Assembly: GCA_963804085.1 (NCBI GenBank)
Contig: CAWDOQ010000002.1
Coordinates: 192,001-256,000, forward strand
Direction: 5' to 3'
DNA from: Chlamydiia bacterium
GTDB taxonomy: Bacteria; Chlamydiota; Chlamydiia; Chlamydiales; Rhabdochlamydiaceae
DNA: 64,000 bases
In this document: piece by piece, positions 8,358 through 17,615 of the stretch
How positions within the stretch are numbered: the first letter of the stretch is position 1
How the letters are laid out: every line of letters begins with the position of its first letter
Position numbers and translations under genes: made by a program
The notes under the pieces: generated by a model
What the model was told of the DNA's origin: nothing
The model's input: only the letters and a program-made list of their open reading frames with translations
Databases searched by the model: none

Positions 8358-9677
8358 ATGGAACGCACCACTGATTTTGACAAGCTGATCTCCCACCTAG
8401 ATGAGGTGGAGCTTTCTACCGTGCATGGCAGGATCACAGAGGTGGTCGGCATGCTTATCAAAGCGGTGGTCCCTCAAGTCAAAATGGGAGAGGTGTGCCT
8501 GATCAAACGCGAAGGCGAGGACCCTCTTTTTGCAGAGGTGGTCGGTTTTACGCGCGATGAGGTCTACCTATCGCCCTTGGGCAATATGACTGGCATCGGC
8601 CCCTCATCCGAAGTGATCCCGCTGCGTATGCCCCTGCATATCAAAATCGGCCCTGAGCTGTTAGGAAGGGTGTTAGATGGTCTCGGCCACCCTCTTGATG
8701 TGGACACAAAAGGGCCGCTGGACCTGAAAGAGACCTTCTCGATAATCAATCCTCCTCCCGATCCGCTCAAACGCAAGATGATCAAAGAGCCGATCTCGGT
8801 GGGTGTGCGTGCGATCGACGGTGTGCTCACCTGCGGTAGGGGCCAGCGTATGGGTATCTTCTCGGGAGCAGGCGTCGGAAAATCGACTCTTTTGGGAATG
8901 ATTGCGCGTAACGCAAAAGCTGATGTTAACGTGATCTCGCTGATCGGTGAGAGGGGTCGCGAGGTAAGGGAGTTTCTAGAAAATGATCTGGGCGAAGAGG
9001 GCATGAAACGCTCCGTCATCATCGTCTCAACTTCTGATCAGGCAGCCCAGCTGCGCATAAACGCAGCCTATGTGGGAACCGCTATTGCCGAGTACTTCCG
9101 CGAGCAGGGCAAGACTGTCATTTTGATGATGGATTCTGTCACGCGTTTTGCACGTGCACTTCGCGAGATTGGTCTGGCAGCCGGAGAGCCGCCGGCTCGT
9201 GCGGGATTTACCCCCTCTGTGTTTGCCACGCTTCCTAAGCTTCTTGAGCGCTCGGGCAACTCGGAGAAGGGTTCGATTACAGCGTTTTATACAGTGCTAG
9301 TAGCAGGGGACGATATCAATGAGCCTGTCTCCGATGAGACGCGCTCGATTTTGGACGGCCACATCATCCTCTCATCCGAGCTCGCCCGTCAGTACCACTA
9401 CCCTGCAATCGATGTTTTGAGTTCTATTAGCCGTATTTTAACTCATATCGTCGATGCCGAGCACTTGCAGCTCATCGGGAAGGTGCGCGAGGTTTTGGCT
9501 AACTACAAGAAAAATGAGCTCTTGATCCGCATTGGTGAGTATAAACCGGGTTCTGACAAAGGGGCCGATTTTGCAATCAAATACATCGACAAGGTGAACC
9601 GTTTCCTCAAACAGCAAGTCGACGAAAAGTCCTCTTTCGAAGAGACCTTGCAGCAGCTTAGAGCACTCTTTAGGTAG
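8358..9677 (+). CDS. cdsN: T3SS ATPase CdsN (SctN)
   Basis: GAGVGKST Walker A, GERGREV, DSVTRFARA, DGHIILS. Confidence 0.97.
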   Translation: MERTTDFDKLISHLDEVELSTVHGRITEVVGMLIKAVVPQVKMGEVCLIKREGEDPLFAEVVGFTRDEVYLSPLGNMTGIGPSSEVIPLRMPLHIKIGPELLGRVLDGLGHPLDVDTKGPLDLKETFSIINPPPDPLKRKMIKEPISVGVRAIDGVLTCGRGQRMGIFSGAGVGKSTLLGMIARNAKADVNVISLIGERGREVREFLENDLGEEGMKRSVIIVSTSDQAAQLRINAAYVGTAIAEYFREQGKTVILMMDSVTRFARALREIGLAAGEPPARAGFTPSVFATLPKLLERSGNSEKGSITAFYTVLVAGDDINEPVSDETRSILDGHIILSSELARQYHYPAIDVLSSISRILTHIVDAEHLQLIGKVREVLANYKKNELLIRIGEYKPGSDKGADFAIKYIDKVNRFLKQQVDEKSSFEETLQQLRALFR

Positions 9678-9692
9678 GGGGAGTAACAAGTA

Positions 9693-10223
9693 GTGAATGG
9701 CGTCGAATACCCTCTTGAGCAGCTCGCAATCATCAAACAAAAAAAGCTAGAAGAAGCGGAAAAAAACTTACGCGAGAAAAAGAATGCTCTTCTCAAAGAA
9801 GAAGAGAAACTGGCAAAAGTAGAAGAGGAACGCGACAAGGTCAAAGAGCATAAGATGGCCAAGCTGACGCAGCTGCGCGAAAAGATGGATGAGGGGACGA
9901 CGAGTGACAAGATCCATCAGATGAGACAGTACATGAAAGTGGTCGATGAGCAGCTGAAGCAAAAAGAGCACAAGGTCAAAGAGCAGAAGAAGCTGGTAGA
10001 AACGGCGAGCAAGCAGGTGGAAGCGGCAAGAGAGGAGCTTTTAAAAAAGCAGCAGGATGTAGAGAAATTGAATCTGCACCGCAAAGAGTGGGAAAAAGAG
10101 ATGCACGCGCTGATGCTCCATCAAGAGGGTATAGAGTCTGATGAGATGGGAGCTACGATGCACCAAGCAAGAAAAAAGAGTAAGCGAGGCAAAACGCCTC
10201 CTCACCATAAGAAAAAAGAGTAA
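9693..10223 (+). CDS. cdsO: T3SS stalk CdsO (CT670-like)
   Basis: YPLEQL start, long coiled coil, follows cdsN. Confidence 0.9.
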   Translation: MNGVEYPLEQLAIIKQKKLEEAEKNLREKKNALLKEEEKLAKVEEERDKVKEHKMAKLTQLREKMDEGTTSDKIHQMRQYMKVVDEQLKQKEHKVKEQKKLVETASKQVEAAREELLKKQQDVEKLNLHRKEWEKEMHALMLHQEGIESDEMGATMHQARKKSKRGKTPPHHKKKE

Positions 10224-10229
10224 GTAGCC

Positions 10230-11465
10230 ATGGCAGAAGTGAGTCGTGTTTCAGGCCCCGGAGGCTCCGAAGATTCCTCGAAAAAAGATAAGAAGGTCGC
10301 TGACGCCCAAAAATTTCGAGAGCTTATGAAGGTCCAGAAGGTCGACGAAGTAGACGAAGAGCAAAAAAAGAAGAGAAAGCGTCCGCAAGAGGCCGAAGAG
10401 GATGCCAAAGCGCAAGAAGCCGCGCAAGGTGCGCCACCGCCCGTTGGGGTCCCTCCCACAGACGCGCCTCCCTTTGCTCCCCACTCTGACAAAAAAGTGG
10501 GCGGTGTTTTAAAATCGGGACAGCTAGGCGGGCCCGCTCCCACGGCTCCCCCTCCTTCTGCACCTGCTCCCTCTGAGCCAGAGGATGGCTTTTGGGAAGG
10601 AGAGACCTACATGCAGACGTTTCCTGATACAACACCCTCTCAAAAATCTGCGCAGCCTCCTCTCAAAACTCCTGCCCCATCCGCTCCCCTCTCTGCCCCT
10701 GAACCTATGCAGCCTACGCGTGCAGAGCAACCGCAACCTCCCGCTCCTGTTATCGGTCCGCCTCCTACCAAAAAAGCGGCTCAAGCGGCACAAAAACCAG
10801 AAGTAGGCCCTCCCAAACCCGCACACAAAGAGGAGAAGGAGAGCTACTTCACGCAAGCAAAAAAGACGGGAAAGAAGAAAGAGGAGATACCTTCCGTGCC
10901 AGAAGAGATGGAGGGCACAGCGGTGACCCCGCCTGCGGCAGCTGGAGAGACAAGATCTACTAAAAAAGCAAAAGGCGAAGAGAAAATAGAGGAGATGACT
11001 CCACAAACCGGGCAGATGCAAACGCCGGAACTACCGCTCGAGGCCCCAGGGCCTATAGGCGCACCAACTCCTCCGCCCTCTTATGCCTACTTGCACCCGC
11101 ATGTGCTCGACATGTTCGAGAGAATGGTGGGCGTGATGACCGTAATGACAAATGCGGGCATTAGCGAAACCACCATTACTTTGAGCGCTCCGCAATACAA
11201 CTCTTCGATTTTCTATGGAGCGCAGATCATCATCCAAGAGTATAGCACAGCACCCAAAGCATTTAACGTGCAGCTGATAGCTAGTCCACAAGCGGTGAAG
11301 CTTTTTAACGCGAATGCAGACGATTTAATGGCAGCTTTTCAGGGCGGCAAATACAATTTCAGAATCAACCGGCTAGAAGCCTCCCTTGCATCCGACCGTC
11401 CCCTATTTAAACGAAAAGAGGGTATTTCCGGAGAGGGCAAAGGAAAAGAGAAAGGAGAACGGTAA
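10230..11465 (+). CDS. cdsP: CdsP-like needle-length ruler, long form (411 aa)
   Basis: ADAQKFRELM N-terminus, Pro-rich disordered middle, C-terminal domain with EYSTAPKAFN; synteny cdsO-P-Q. Confidence 0.75.
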   Translation: MAEVSRVSGPGGSEDSSKKDKKVADAQKFRELMKVQKVDEVDEEQKKKRKRPQEAEEDAKAQEAAQGAPPPVGVPPTDAPPFAPHSDKKVGGVLKSGQLGGPAPTAPPPSAPAPSEPEDGFWEGETYMQTFPDTTPSQKSAQPPLKTPAPSAPLSAPEPMQPTRAEQPQPPAPVIGPPPTKKAAQAAQKPEVGPPKPAHKEEKESYFTQAKKTGKKKEEIPSVPEEMEGTAVTPPAAAGETRSTKKAKGEEKIEEMTPQTGQMQTPELPLEAPGPIGAPTPPPSYAYLHPHVLDMFERMVGVMTVMTNAGISETTITLSAPQYNSSIFYGAQIIIQEYSTAPKAFNVQLIASPQAVKLFNANADDLMAAFQGGKYNFRINRLEASLASDRPLFKRKEGISGEGKGKEKGER

Positions 11466-11467
11466 AG

Positions 11468-12097
11468 ATGATCAACTCCTCCAAATTAGTGCACGAAAAA
11501 ATAGAGGGTTCGCCTCTTGAGACACAAGAAGAGAAAAAGATCCCTCCCTTTAAACCTCTTTTAGAGAAAGAGGAGAAGGCGCGAGATACAAAAGAGGAGA
11601 GCTTTTTCGATCTTTTGGCATCTCGAGAAAAGAAGAAGAGCGAAAAAGAGGAGAGTGAGATAGGGCTTAGCGCCCTTCCGCCTCCCCTTCTCTCCCCTCT
11701 TCTCCTGGCATCAATCGAAGCGCCGCGCTTTTTAGCAGCTTCCTTAGCTCCGCTATTCGAAGCGATGGTGGGACAGATGCAAGTGATGACAGAGAAGGGT
11801 GTCGTCGAAACAACGGTTACTCTCAATGCTCCTAAATACGCAAACTCTCCTTTTTACGGGACGCAGATTACGATCCGCGAATATAGTACCGCTCCCAAAA
11901 TCTTCAACATCGAAGTGAGCACATCTGTGCAGGCAGCGGCTCTGCTACAAAAGAATCAAGAACAGCTCCTCTTTGCTATGCAAGGACAAGGGTATAACTT
12001 TAAGATAAACCGCTTTGAGGCATCGCTCTTAAGAGCAAAAGATGAGGAGCAAGCCTCATCCGATGACCAACAACAACAAGGAAACGAAAGACAATGA
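11468..12097 (+). CDS. Second CdsP-like paralogue, short form (209 aa)
   Basis: C-terminal ~90 aa align with the preceding gene (FEAMVGQMQVMT...EYSTAPKIFN...YNFKINRFEASL). Confidence 0.75.
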   Translation: MINSSKLVHEKIEGSPLETQEEKKIPPFKPLLEKEEKARDTKEESFFDLLASREKKKSEKEESEIGLSALPPPLLSPLLLASIEAPRFLAASLAPLFEAMVGQMQVMTEKGVVETTVTLNAPKYANSPFYGTQITIREYSTAPKIFNIEVSTSVQAAALLQKNQEQLLFAMQGQGYNFKINRFEASLLRAKDEEQASSDDQQQQGNERQ

Positions 12098-13281
12098 GCG
12101 CAGCTCCTGCTTTCTGGGTAAAAAAAGTCGAATCGGCAATAGAAGAGATGAAGCTTATCCCGCTATGGGGCTCGCCTCCCCCTTTTCCGTGGGAGGAGTT
12201 TACAGAAAAACTAAAAGAAGCTCTGAATCTTCCCAAGCTTGAACTCTCTTTACAAAAGACAGAATGGAAAGAAAAAGAGGAGCTTCTCTCCGGTATGGGC
12301 GATCAGCCGATCCTATCCTCATGCCTCCTCTCTCCCATTGCTACACCTCTGTTTTTTGTCATGCCGCAGGAAGATGCCTTCCGTCTAAGCGCTTACGCCC
12401 TTTCGCCTGAGCAAGAAACCAGAGGCTTTACCAATCCCCATTTCCAAGAAGGGTTTTACCGCTTTCTTTTGCTTCATGTCCTGGATACGATAAGCCAGCT
12501 TAACCCTTTTCCCTCTCTTTCTTTAAAATTGGCGAGCAAGACCTCCCTTCCTGAGGAGGGAGCGCTTGCACACGAGATCAAGATCAAGTTAGGAAGAAAG
12601 GTGCTCTGGGCAAGAGTTCTCATCCCCTCCTCTTTTCATGAGGCCTTCCGCGTACACTTCTCTCAAGAGAGGCCGCCTCTACTAGAGAGCCCGCTTACAC
12701 ACGAGCTTCCCCTCTCGCTCCACGCAGAGGTGGGCAGCGTAAACTTAAAAGTGCATGAGTGGCAGAAGCTTGGCATTGGCGACCTGCTGATCTTAGACCG
12801 CTGCACATTTGATCCGGATGAACAAAAGGGCAGTGCTGTGCTTGTGCTAGATAAGACGCCTCTTTTTCAAGCGCGCTACAAGCACGATCAGATCAAAATT
12901 GTCGATTATGCATTCTACTATGAGGAGAATATGGACACATCCAACGAATCAGGAGAAGAGACTCCCGGCGAAGAGCTCTCTGAAGAGGAAGCTAAAGCCG
13001 ACGAAAGCCACCTCTGGTCTACCAAGAGTGAAGGAAGAGAAGAAGATGTGGAAAAGCTGCTCTCCGCAGAAGAGATCCCACTCACTTTAACCGTGGAGTT
13101 AGGAAGAGTGACTCTCCCCTTAGACAAGCTGCTTAAACTTGCACCGGGCAATCTGGTCGAACTCCCCACAAAACCCGAACAAGGCGTCTCTCTCACCATA
13201 CACGGCAAGCGCGTGGCAAAAGGAGAGCTAGTCAAACTCGGAGAGGTCATCGGCGTAAAGATTCTCGAGATCGGTGAGTAA
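12094..13281 (+). CDS. cdsQ: T3SS sorting platform protein CdsQ (SctQ)
   Basis: C-terminal SpoA/FliN domain IPLTLTVELGRV...GELVKLGEVIGVKILEIG. Confidence 0.93.
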   Translation: MSAAPAFWVKKVESAIEEMKLIPLWGSPPPFPWEEFTEKLKEALNLPKLELSLQKTEWKEKEELLSGMGDQPILSSCLLSPIATPLFFVMPQEDAFRLSAYALSPEQETRGFTNPHFQEGFYRFLLLHVLDTISQLNPFPSLSLKLASKTSLPEEGALAHEIKIKLGRKVLWARVLIPSSFHEAFRVHFSQERPPLLESPLTHELPLSLHAEVGSVNLKVHEWQKLGIGDLLILDRCTFDPDEQKGSAVLVLDKTPLFQARYKHDQIKIVDYAFYYEENMDTSNESGEETPGEELSEEEAKADESHLWSTKSEGREEDVEKLLSAEEIPLTLTVELGRVTLPLDKLLKLAPGNLVELPTKPEQGVSLTIHGKRVAKGELVKLGEVIGVKILEIGE

Positions 13282-14902
13282 AAAGCGGATGAATGAAAAG
13301 TCGTTTCATAAACAGAATACGCTGCCCGACCTTTCGACGGGAGAGGCGGGCTCTGTCCCTTTTCCTTCTAGAATCGGACCCTACAAAATCGAAAGCCTTT
13401 TAAACCGCGGAGGCATGAGCCTTCTCTATCTAGGCATCCATCCAGATACAAAACAGACTCTTGCGATCAAGGTGCTCTCTCCCGATTATCTGACACATCC
13501 TGAAGCGGTCGATCGCTTTTTAAAAGAAGCGCGCATCATCGGCATCACCAACCATCCCAATATTGTAAAACTCTATGGACAAGGAGAGTGGGAAGGAGGG
13601 CTGTATATCGCAATGGAGTTTATCCGCGGCATTTCGCTCAGCCAGTTTATCGTGCAGCACTCGCTTTCACTTAAACGGTGCGTAGACATACTGCTCCAAG
13701 TCGCCTATGCGCTCTTACACCTACACACCCATGGCGTGATCCATCGCGACCTAAAACCGGAAAATATTCTGATCACAGAGGATGGCGAGATCAAAGTAAT
13801 CGATTTTGGCATCGCACAACTTCATGAGGAGATCCCGGAAAAAGCCTCTTCACAGACACAAATCTTAGGCACACCGAGTTACATGAGTCCCGAGCAGAAA
13901 GAGAACTCGGCAAAGGTCACCTTTGCATCAGATATCTACTCTTTGGGGGTGATCGGTTTCGAACTGGTTTTGGGCAAGCTCAGCTTTGGCGTGATCAACC
14001 TCTCACTTCTTCCTAAAGGCTTAAAAAAGATCATCGAAAAGACACTTGCCGTATCACTCAAAGAGCGCTATCAGGATATCGTCGACTTTATCAGTGATCT
14101 CTCAGATTATTTAAAATCAGGAGAGCTGGAAAGAGAACGTCCCGGCAGCGACCAGGCCAAAGAGGTGCTAGAATCGCTGCAAAAGGCTGCAAGCCTCCTC
14201 TCACCCATCAGCCTCCCCGAGTGGCCTGAACTAGAAATGGGACTTGCCAAACACAAAGGCCCAGCCCAAATGGGAGTCTACTACGACTTCTTCAAGTTCC
14301 CCAATGGGAGCTTTGGCATCGTGCTAGCAGAATCTCTTTCGTCTAATATCGATGCCGCCATCTATATCGCCGGCTTTAGAGGCATTGTCCGCACGCTTAT
14401 CCAAGAAAAAGCACCTTCTGACAAAAATGTCTTTCCTGTGATCCCCTTTCTATCCACGTTGCAAGAGCTCCTTATCGAAGATGGGATGAGGCAGTCCTTT
14501 GCATTAGGCTTCGTCCTACTCGACCCTTTGCGCGAGCAGCTGGCATTTGTCTCTTGCGGTCTTGGAAGACTTATCCACCTAGCGCAAGGGAGCAGCAAGC
14601 CGCGCCTACTCGCCTCAGAAAACTTACCTCTGGGTGTCTCCGGAACAAGAGAGTTTGAAGAGACCGTGGACAATTGGAAGATGGGAGACACTCTCATTCT
14701 CCACACCTTCGAAACAGCCTTTTCCAAAGAGGATGCCCTTCAAAAGGAGCTAGAGACCTCTCTTTTGAACGCCATCTCAGATAGCTCTCTTCTCTCAGCT
14801 GAGCGCCAGGGCGAAGCAATACTGAAAAAAATGGTCAATCTTCCCATCTTTGCGCAGCAGCGCCTCCCTAAGATTATCCTCACCCTCCGCCGCATCTCTT
14901 AA
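13274..14902 (+). CDS. pkn5: Ser/Thr protein kinase Pkn5 with a degenerate PP2C/SpoIIE-like C-terminal domain
   Basis: GGMS, AIK, HRDLKPEN, DFG, GTPSYMSPE; position between cdsQ and cdsC. Confidence 0.88.
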   Translation: MSKKRMNEKSFHKQNTLPDLSTGEAGSVPFPSRIGPYKIESLLNRGGMSLLYLGIHPDTKQTLAIKVLSPDYLTHPEAVDRFLKEARIIGITNHPNIVKLYGQGEWEGGLYIAMEFIRGISLSQFIVQHSLSLKRCVDILLQVAYALLHLHTHGVIHRDLKPENILITEDGEIKVIDFGIAQLHEEIPEKASSQTQILGTPSYMSPEQKENSAKVTFASDIYSLGVIGFELVLGKLSFGVINLSLLPKGLKKIIEKTLAVSLKERYQDIVDFISDLSDYLKSGELERERPGSDQAKEVLESLQKAASLLSPISLPEWPELEMGLAKHKGPAQMGVYYDFFKFPNGSFGIVLAESLSSNIDAAIYIAGFRGIVRTLIQEKAPSDKNVFPVIPFLSTLQELLIEDGMRQSFALGFVLLDPLREQLAFVSCGLGRLIHLAQGSSKPRLLASENLPLGVSGTREFEETVDNWKMGDTLILHTFETAFSKEDALQKELETSLLNAISDSSLLSAERQGEAILKKMVNLPIFAQQRLPKIILTLRRIS

Positions 14903-14905
14903 ATC

Positions 14906-16486
14906 TTATTCGGAGATTGTGACAGGAGTGCTAGCACCGGTTGCGCTGAGCGCAACCACCGAATAGGTATTCACGGTTTTTTTGCTCTGATTGTGATCGT
15001 CGTAGGAGAGCTGCGTAGAGGGCACAGTCGCAATGACTGTTCCATTGCGCGAAATTTGATAGGAAGTAACGTCAGTCGTTGGACTCGCAAGCCAAGAGAT
15101 GATTTTAATATAATCGCTTTGGGTCGCAAAACGATTGGTAAGTGCGCTCGCCGAAATCCCTGCAGGAGGCAGGGGAGGAGAAGAAGGTGAGGTCGCAGGA
15201 AAGAAACTAGCGAAAACTTCGTCGGGTCCAGATCCACCGGTGTTATTGAAATCGTAAGCCACGATTCCTGCATTATTATCATTCATAACAACTGGTAAGG
15301 AATTGGCATCCACAACGTCGCCAGTTGCAACTGTAATAGAAGGACCCCAACTCCCCGCTGTCAAGAAAGAGCTTTCAACAGAGTTATTGTTAGAGTCCCA
15401 AACAACAACACCGTTTCCCAAATTGTTGAATGCAAGCGTCGGGCCAAATTCATCCTCTGATGGAGGTGAAAGATCAGGATTCACCGTCCAATTCGTTCCA
15501 TCAAAAGTAGCGGCTTGAATTACAGAGTTACCGAAGCCAATGTTAAAATAGGTCCAAGCTGCAGCACCATTATTAGAATCATTCAAGACAATTTGAGGAT
15601 TAAAAACTGTACTATCCATCGGGGAAAGCGGTGCCACTGTGTCACCGGATGACCAAGCAGTCCCGTCGTAATAAGAGGCGAAGGCAGCGCTACGAGAGAA
15701 GGGGAGTGTACCCATAAAAGAAACAAGAGCATGTCCTAAATTATTTAGCGAAATTGATGTTGGCAAGACACCGGATAGAGAGATCGAAGTGGGAAAGGGT
15801 ATTTCTATAGCCCCGCCCCAGCTTGCACTGCTAAAGCTATATATATCTGAAAAAGGGATTGTACCATTGATGATAGTGTTCTGCCCCCAGGCCACCAAAG
15901 CTTGTGAATTGGTTCCCAAATTATTCAACGAAACTTGAGTGGAAGTAGTTACCTCAGTAGGGTCAGACAATAGTGTTGACGCTGACCAGTTGCCCCCAGA
16001 AAAAATAAAGGCATTGACAGTTGTAATTGCCAGAGTATTTCCCGTATAAACTAACACTGCTAAGTTATCGTCATTCAGCTTTACAATAGAATTATCATTC
16101 GTAGAAGAGGAGGTCAACGCAACAGGAGTATCCCAGTTCGTTCCGTCGTAATGACTCACCTTGATCTGGTTAGCCTGCGTCCACGATGCCCATGCCTGTC
16201 CTAAGTTGTTCATCGAGACAGAGGGGTTGCTAGCACCACCTCCATTAGAAATAGGCGCAGAAAAAAACATGTATGTACCGCTCGTGCCATTAAAAAATGC
16301 ACCTTTAATGTCACCAATATCTGTCTCATCCATCCAAACTATTATTGCATTATCTGAGTTGTTCATGGAAACTTTCGGACTCTGACCGGCATTATCGAGA
16401 AGCTCGGGCGTGCTCCAAGGGGCATCAGCTTGTATTAGCGATGTTAAAAGAGTGAAGAAAAGAAAAAGCGCACGTTTTATGAACAC
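14906..16486 (-). CDS. Secreted S/T/N/G-rich beta-repeat protein with C-terminal FN3-like domain
   Basis: AGGAG RBS plus GTG 16486, signal peptide, repeated P.VS(M/L)NN.G.A...W units, tail SWLASPTTDVTSYQISRNG...TYSVVA. Confidence 0.75.
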   Translation of the reverse strand: MFIKRALFLFFTLLTSLIQADAPWSTPELLDNAGQSPKVSMNNSDNAIIVWMDETDIGDIKGAFFNGTSGTYMFFSAPISNGGGASNPSVSMNNLGQAWASWTQANQIKVSHYDGTNWDTPVALTSSSTNDNSIVKLNDDNLAVLVYTGNTLAITTVNAFIFSGGNWSASTLLSDPTEVTTSTQVSLNNLGTNSQALVAWGQNTIINGTIPFSDIYSFSSASWGGAIEIPFPTSISLSGVLPTSISLNNLGHALVSFMGTLPFSRSAAFASYYDGTAWSSGDTVAPLSPMDSTVFNPQIVLNDSNNGAAAWTYFNIGFGNSVIQAATFDGTNWTVNPDLSPPSEDEFGPTLAFNNLGNGVVVWDSNNNSVESSFLTAGSWGPSITVATGDVVDANSLPVVMNDNNAGIVAYDFNNTGGSGPDEVFASFFPATSPSSPPLPPAGISASALTNRFATQSDYIKIISWLASPTTDVTSYQISRNGTVIATVPSTQLSYDDHNQSKKTVNTYSVVALSATGASTPVTISE

Positions 16487-16499
16487 CTTTGTTCTCCTG

Positions 16500-17156
16500 T
16501 TAAAAATGATATCCAAAGCCTCCGCCAAACTGTAGGCCACCTGTTTGCACTTGATGAGTTGTCACACCGTTGTGCTTTTCAAAATGGATCCAATTTAAGC
16601 GATAGGAAGTAAAGGCATCGAAGAAAAACCCATCTTTAATATCCAGCGTAATGCCGGCTTGAAAAAGCGAAGAGAAGCCCCACCTGATAGTGGTGGGTTT
16701 AACAAAAGAAGAGTGGTCTCTAAAATGGGTATAAACAGCACCGACTGCCACTCCCACATAAGGCTGATAAAAGAGTTTCGGATTCAAGAAATACCCTTTT
16801 GCTCCCGCTGTTATCGGAATGAAATAGGCGCTCGTCCTATTATGTAACCCGGTGCTATGACCGCTTTTGCTGGTATAGGCAACATTGGCAAAAGTAGAAA
16901 AATGGGGATGGAATCGACAGTCAAACTCTATAGAGTACTCGGGCCAAAAATCTTTATAGATTTTGCGCAAGACTCTCTCTTGGGGACGAAAAGCCGCAAC
17001 CCGGCCTTTAAGTGAGATGTGTGCAAACTTTTTCTCTTCGACAACTTTGACTCTATTGCGATTTTTGTAGCTATTCTGGGCATTAGGAGCATCTTCTGCA
17101 CAAAGAAACACAGTGGGCAAAAGAGCGGTTAAAACAAGTAGTCTTTGGATGTTCAT
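16500..17156 (-). CDS. Small outer-membrane beta-barrel protein (OmpA/OmpW-like)
   Basis: Signal peptide, amphipathic strands (QPYVGVAVG), terminal GGGFGYHF. Confidence 0.75.
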   Translation of the reverse strand: MNIQRLLVLTALLPTVFLCAEDAPNAQNSYKNRNRVKVVEEKKFAHISLKGRVAAFRPQERVLRKIYKDFWPEYSIEFDCRFHPHFSTFANVAYTSKSGHSTGLHNRTSAYFIPITAGAKGYFLNPKLFYQPYVGVAVGAVYTHFRDHSSFVKPTTIRWGFSSLFQAGITLDIKDGFFFDAFTSYRLNWIHFEKHNGVTTHQVQTGGLQFGGGFGYHF

Positions 17157-17231
17157 GAGTTTGGATCTTTCAGAATTCAAACAATTTCTGCAACAGGATT
17201 TTGACAATCATATTCTGGCATCTCCTGACAT

Positions 17232-17520
17232 CCGTTACCGTCACCGTTTTCCGTTACCGTTACCGATTTGCGTCTGCTTTACGTTAATAGGGAGATTCAA
17301 CGCAAAGTCGCAATGACGCAAAAGACGCAAAATTTACGACTTCGCGGCATAAAGATTTTGATAGAATACTTCTATTTACTTTTGCATTCCTTCATGCAGC
17401 CAAAAATATCGGCAGATATTTTTGCTTTGCGTCTTTTGCGTCATTGCGACTTTGCGTTGAATCTCCTAATCGCGAAGAGAAAAAAATCGGGCACGGGCAC
17501 GCACGCGGGCACGGGCACGT
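17232..17520. repeat. Nested palindromic elements: CCGTTA arm, 41-bp inverted-repeat element (17291-17466), GGGCAC arm
   Basis: ggagattcaacgcaaagtcgcaatgacgcaaaagacgcaaa (17291-17331) is the exact reverse complement of 17426-17466. Confidence 0.85.
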
Positions 17521-17615
17521 TGTCTAGAAGAGGCAGAGCTCGATTCTATGGTTTACAATAATCCGCAGAGTATTTTAGGATTCGAAGACAAGTTTCTTTA
17601 TTTTTTGAATACAAT

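Noticed and set aside
17113-17561. ORFs 17113-17316 and 17268-17561
   Set aside because: Low-complexity translations of the palindromic elements.
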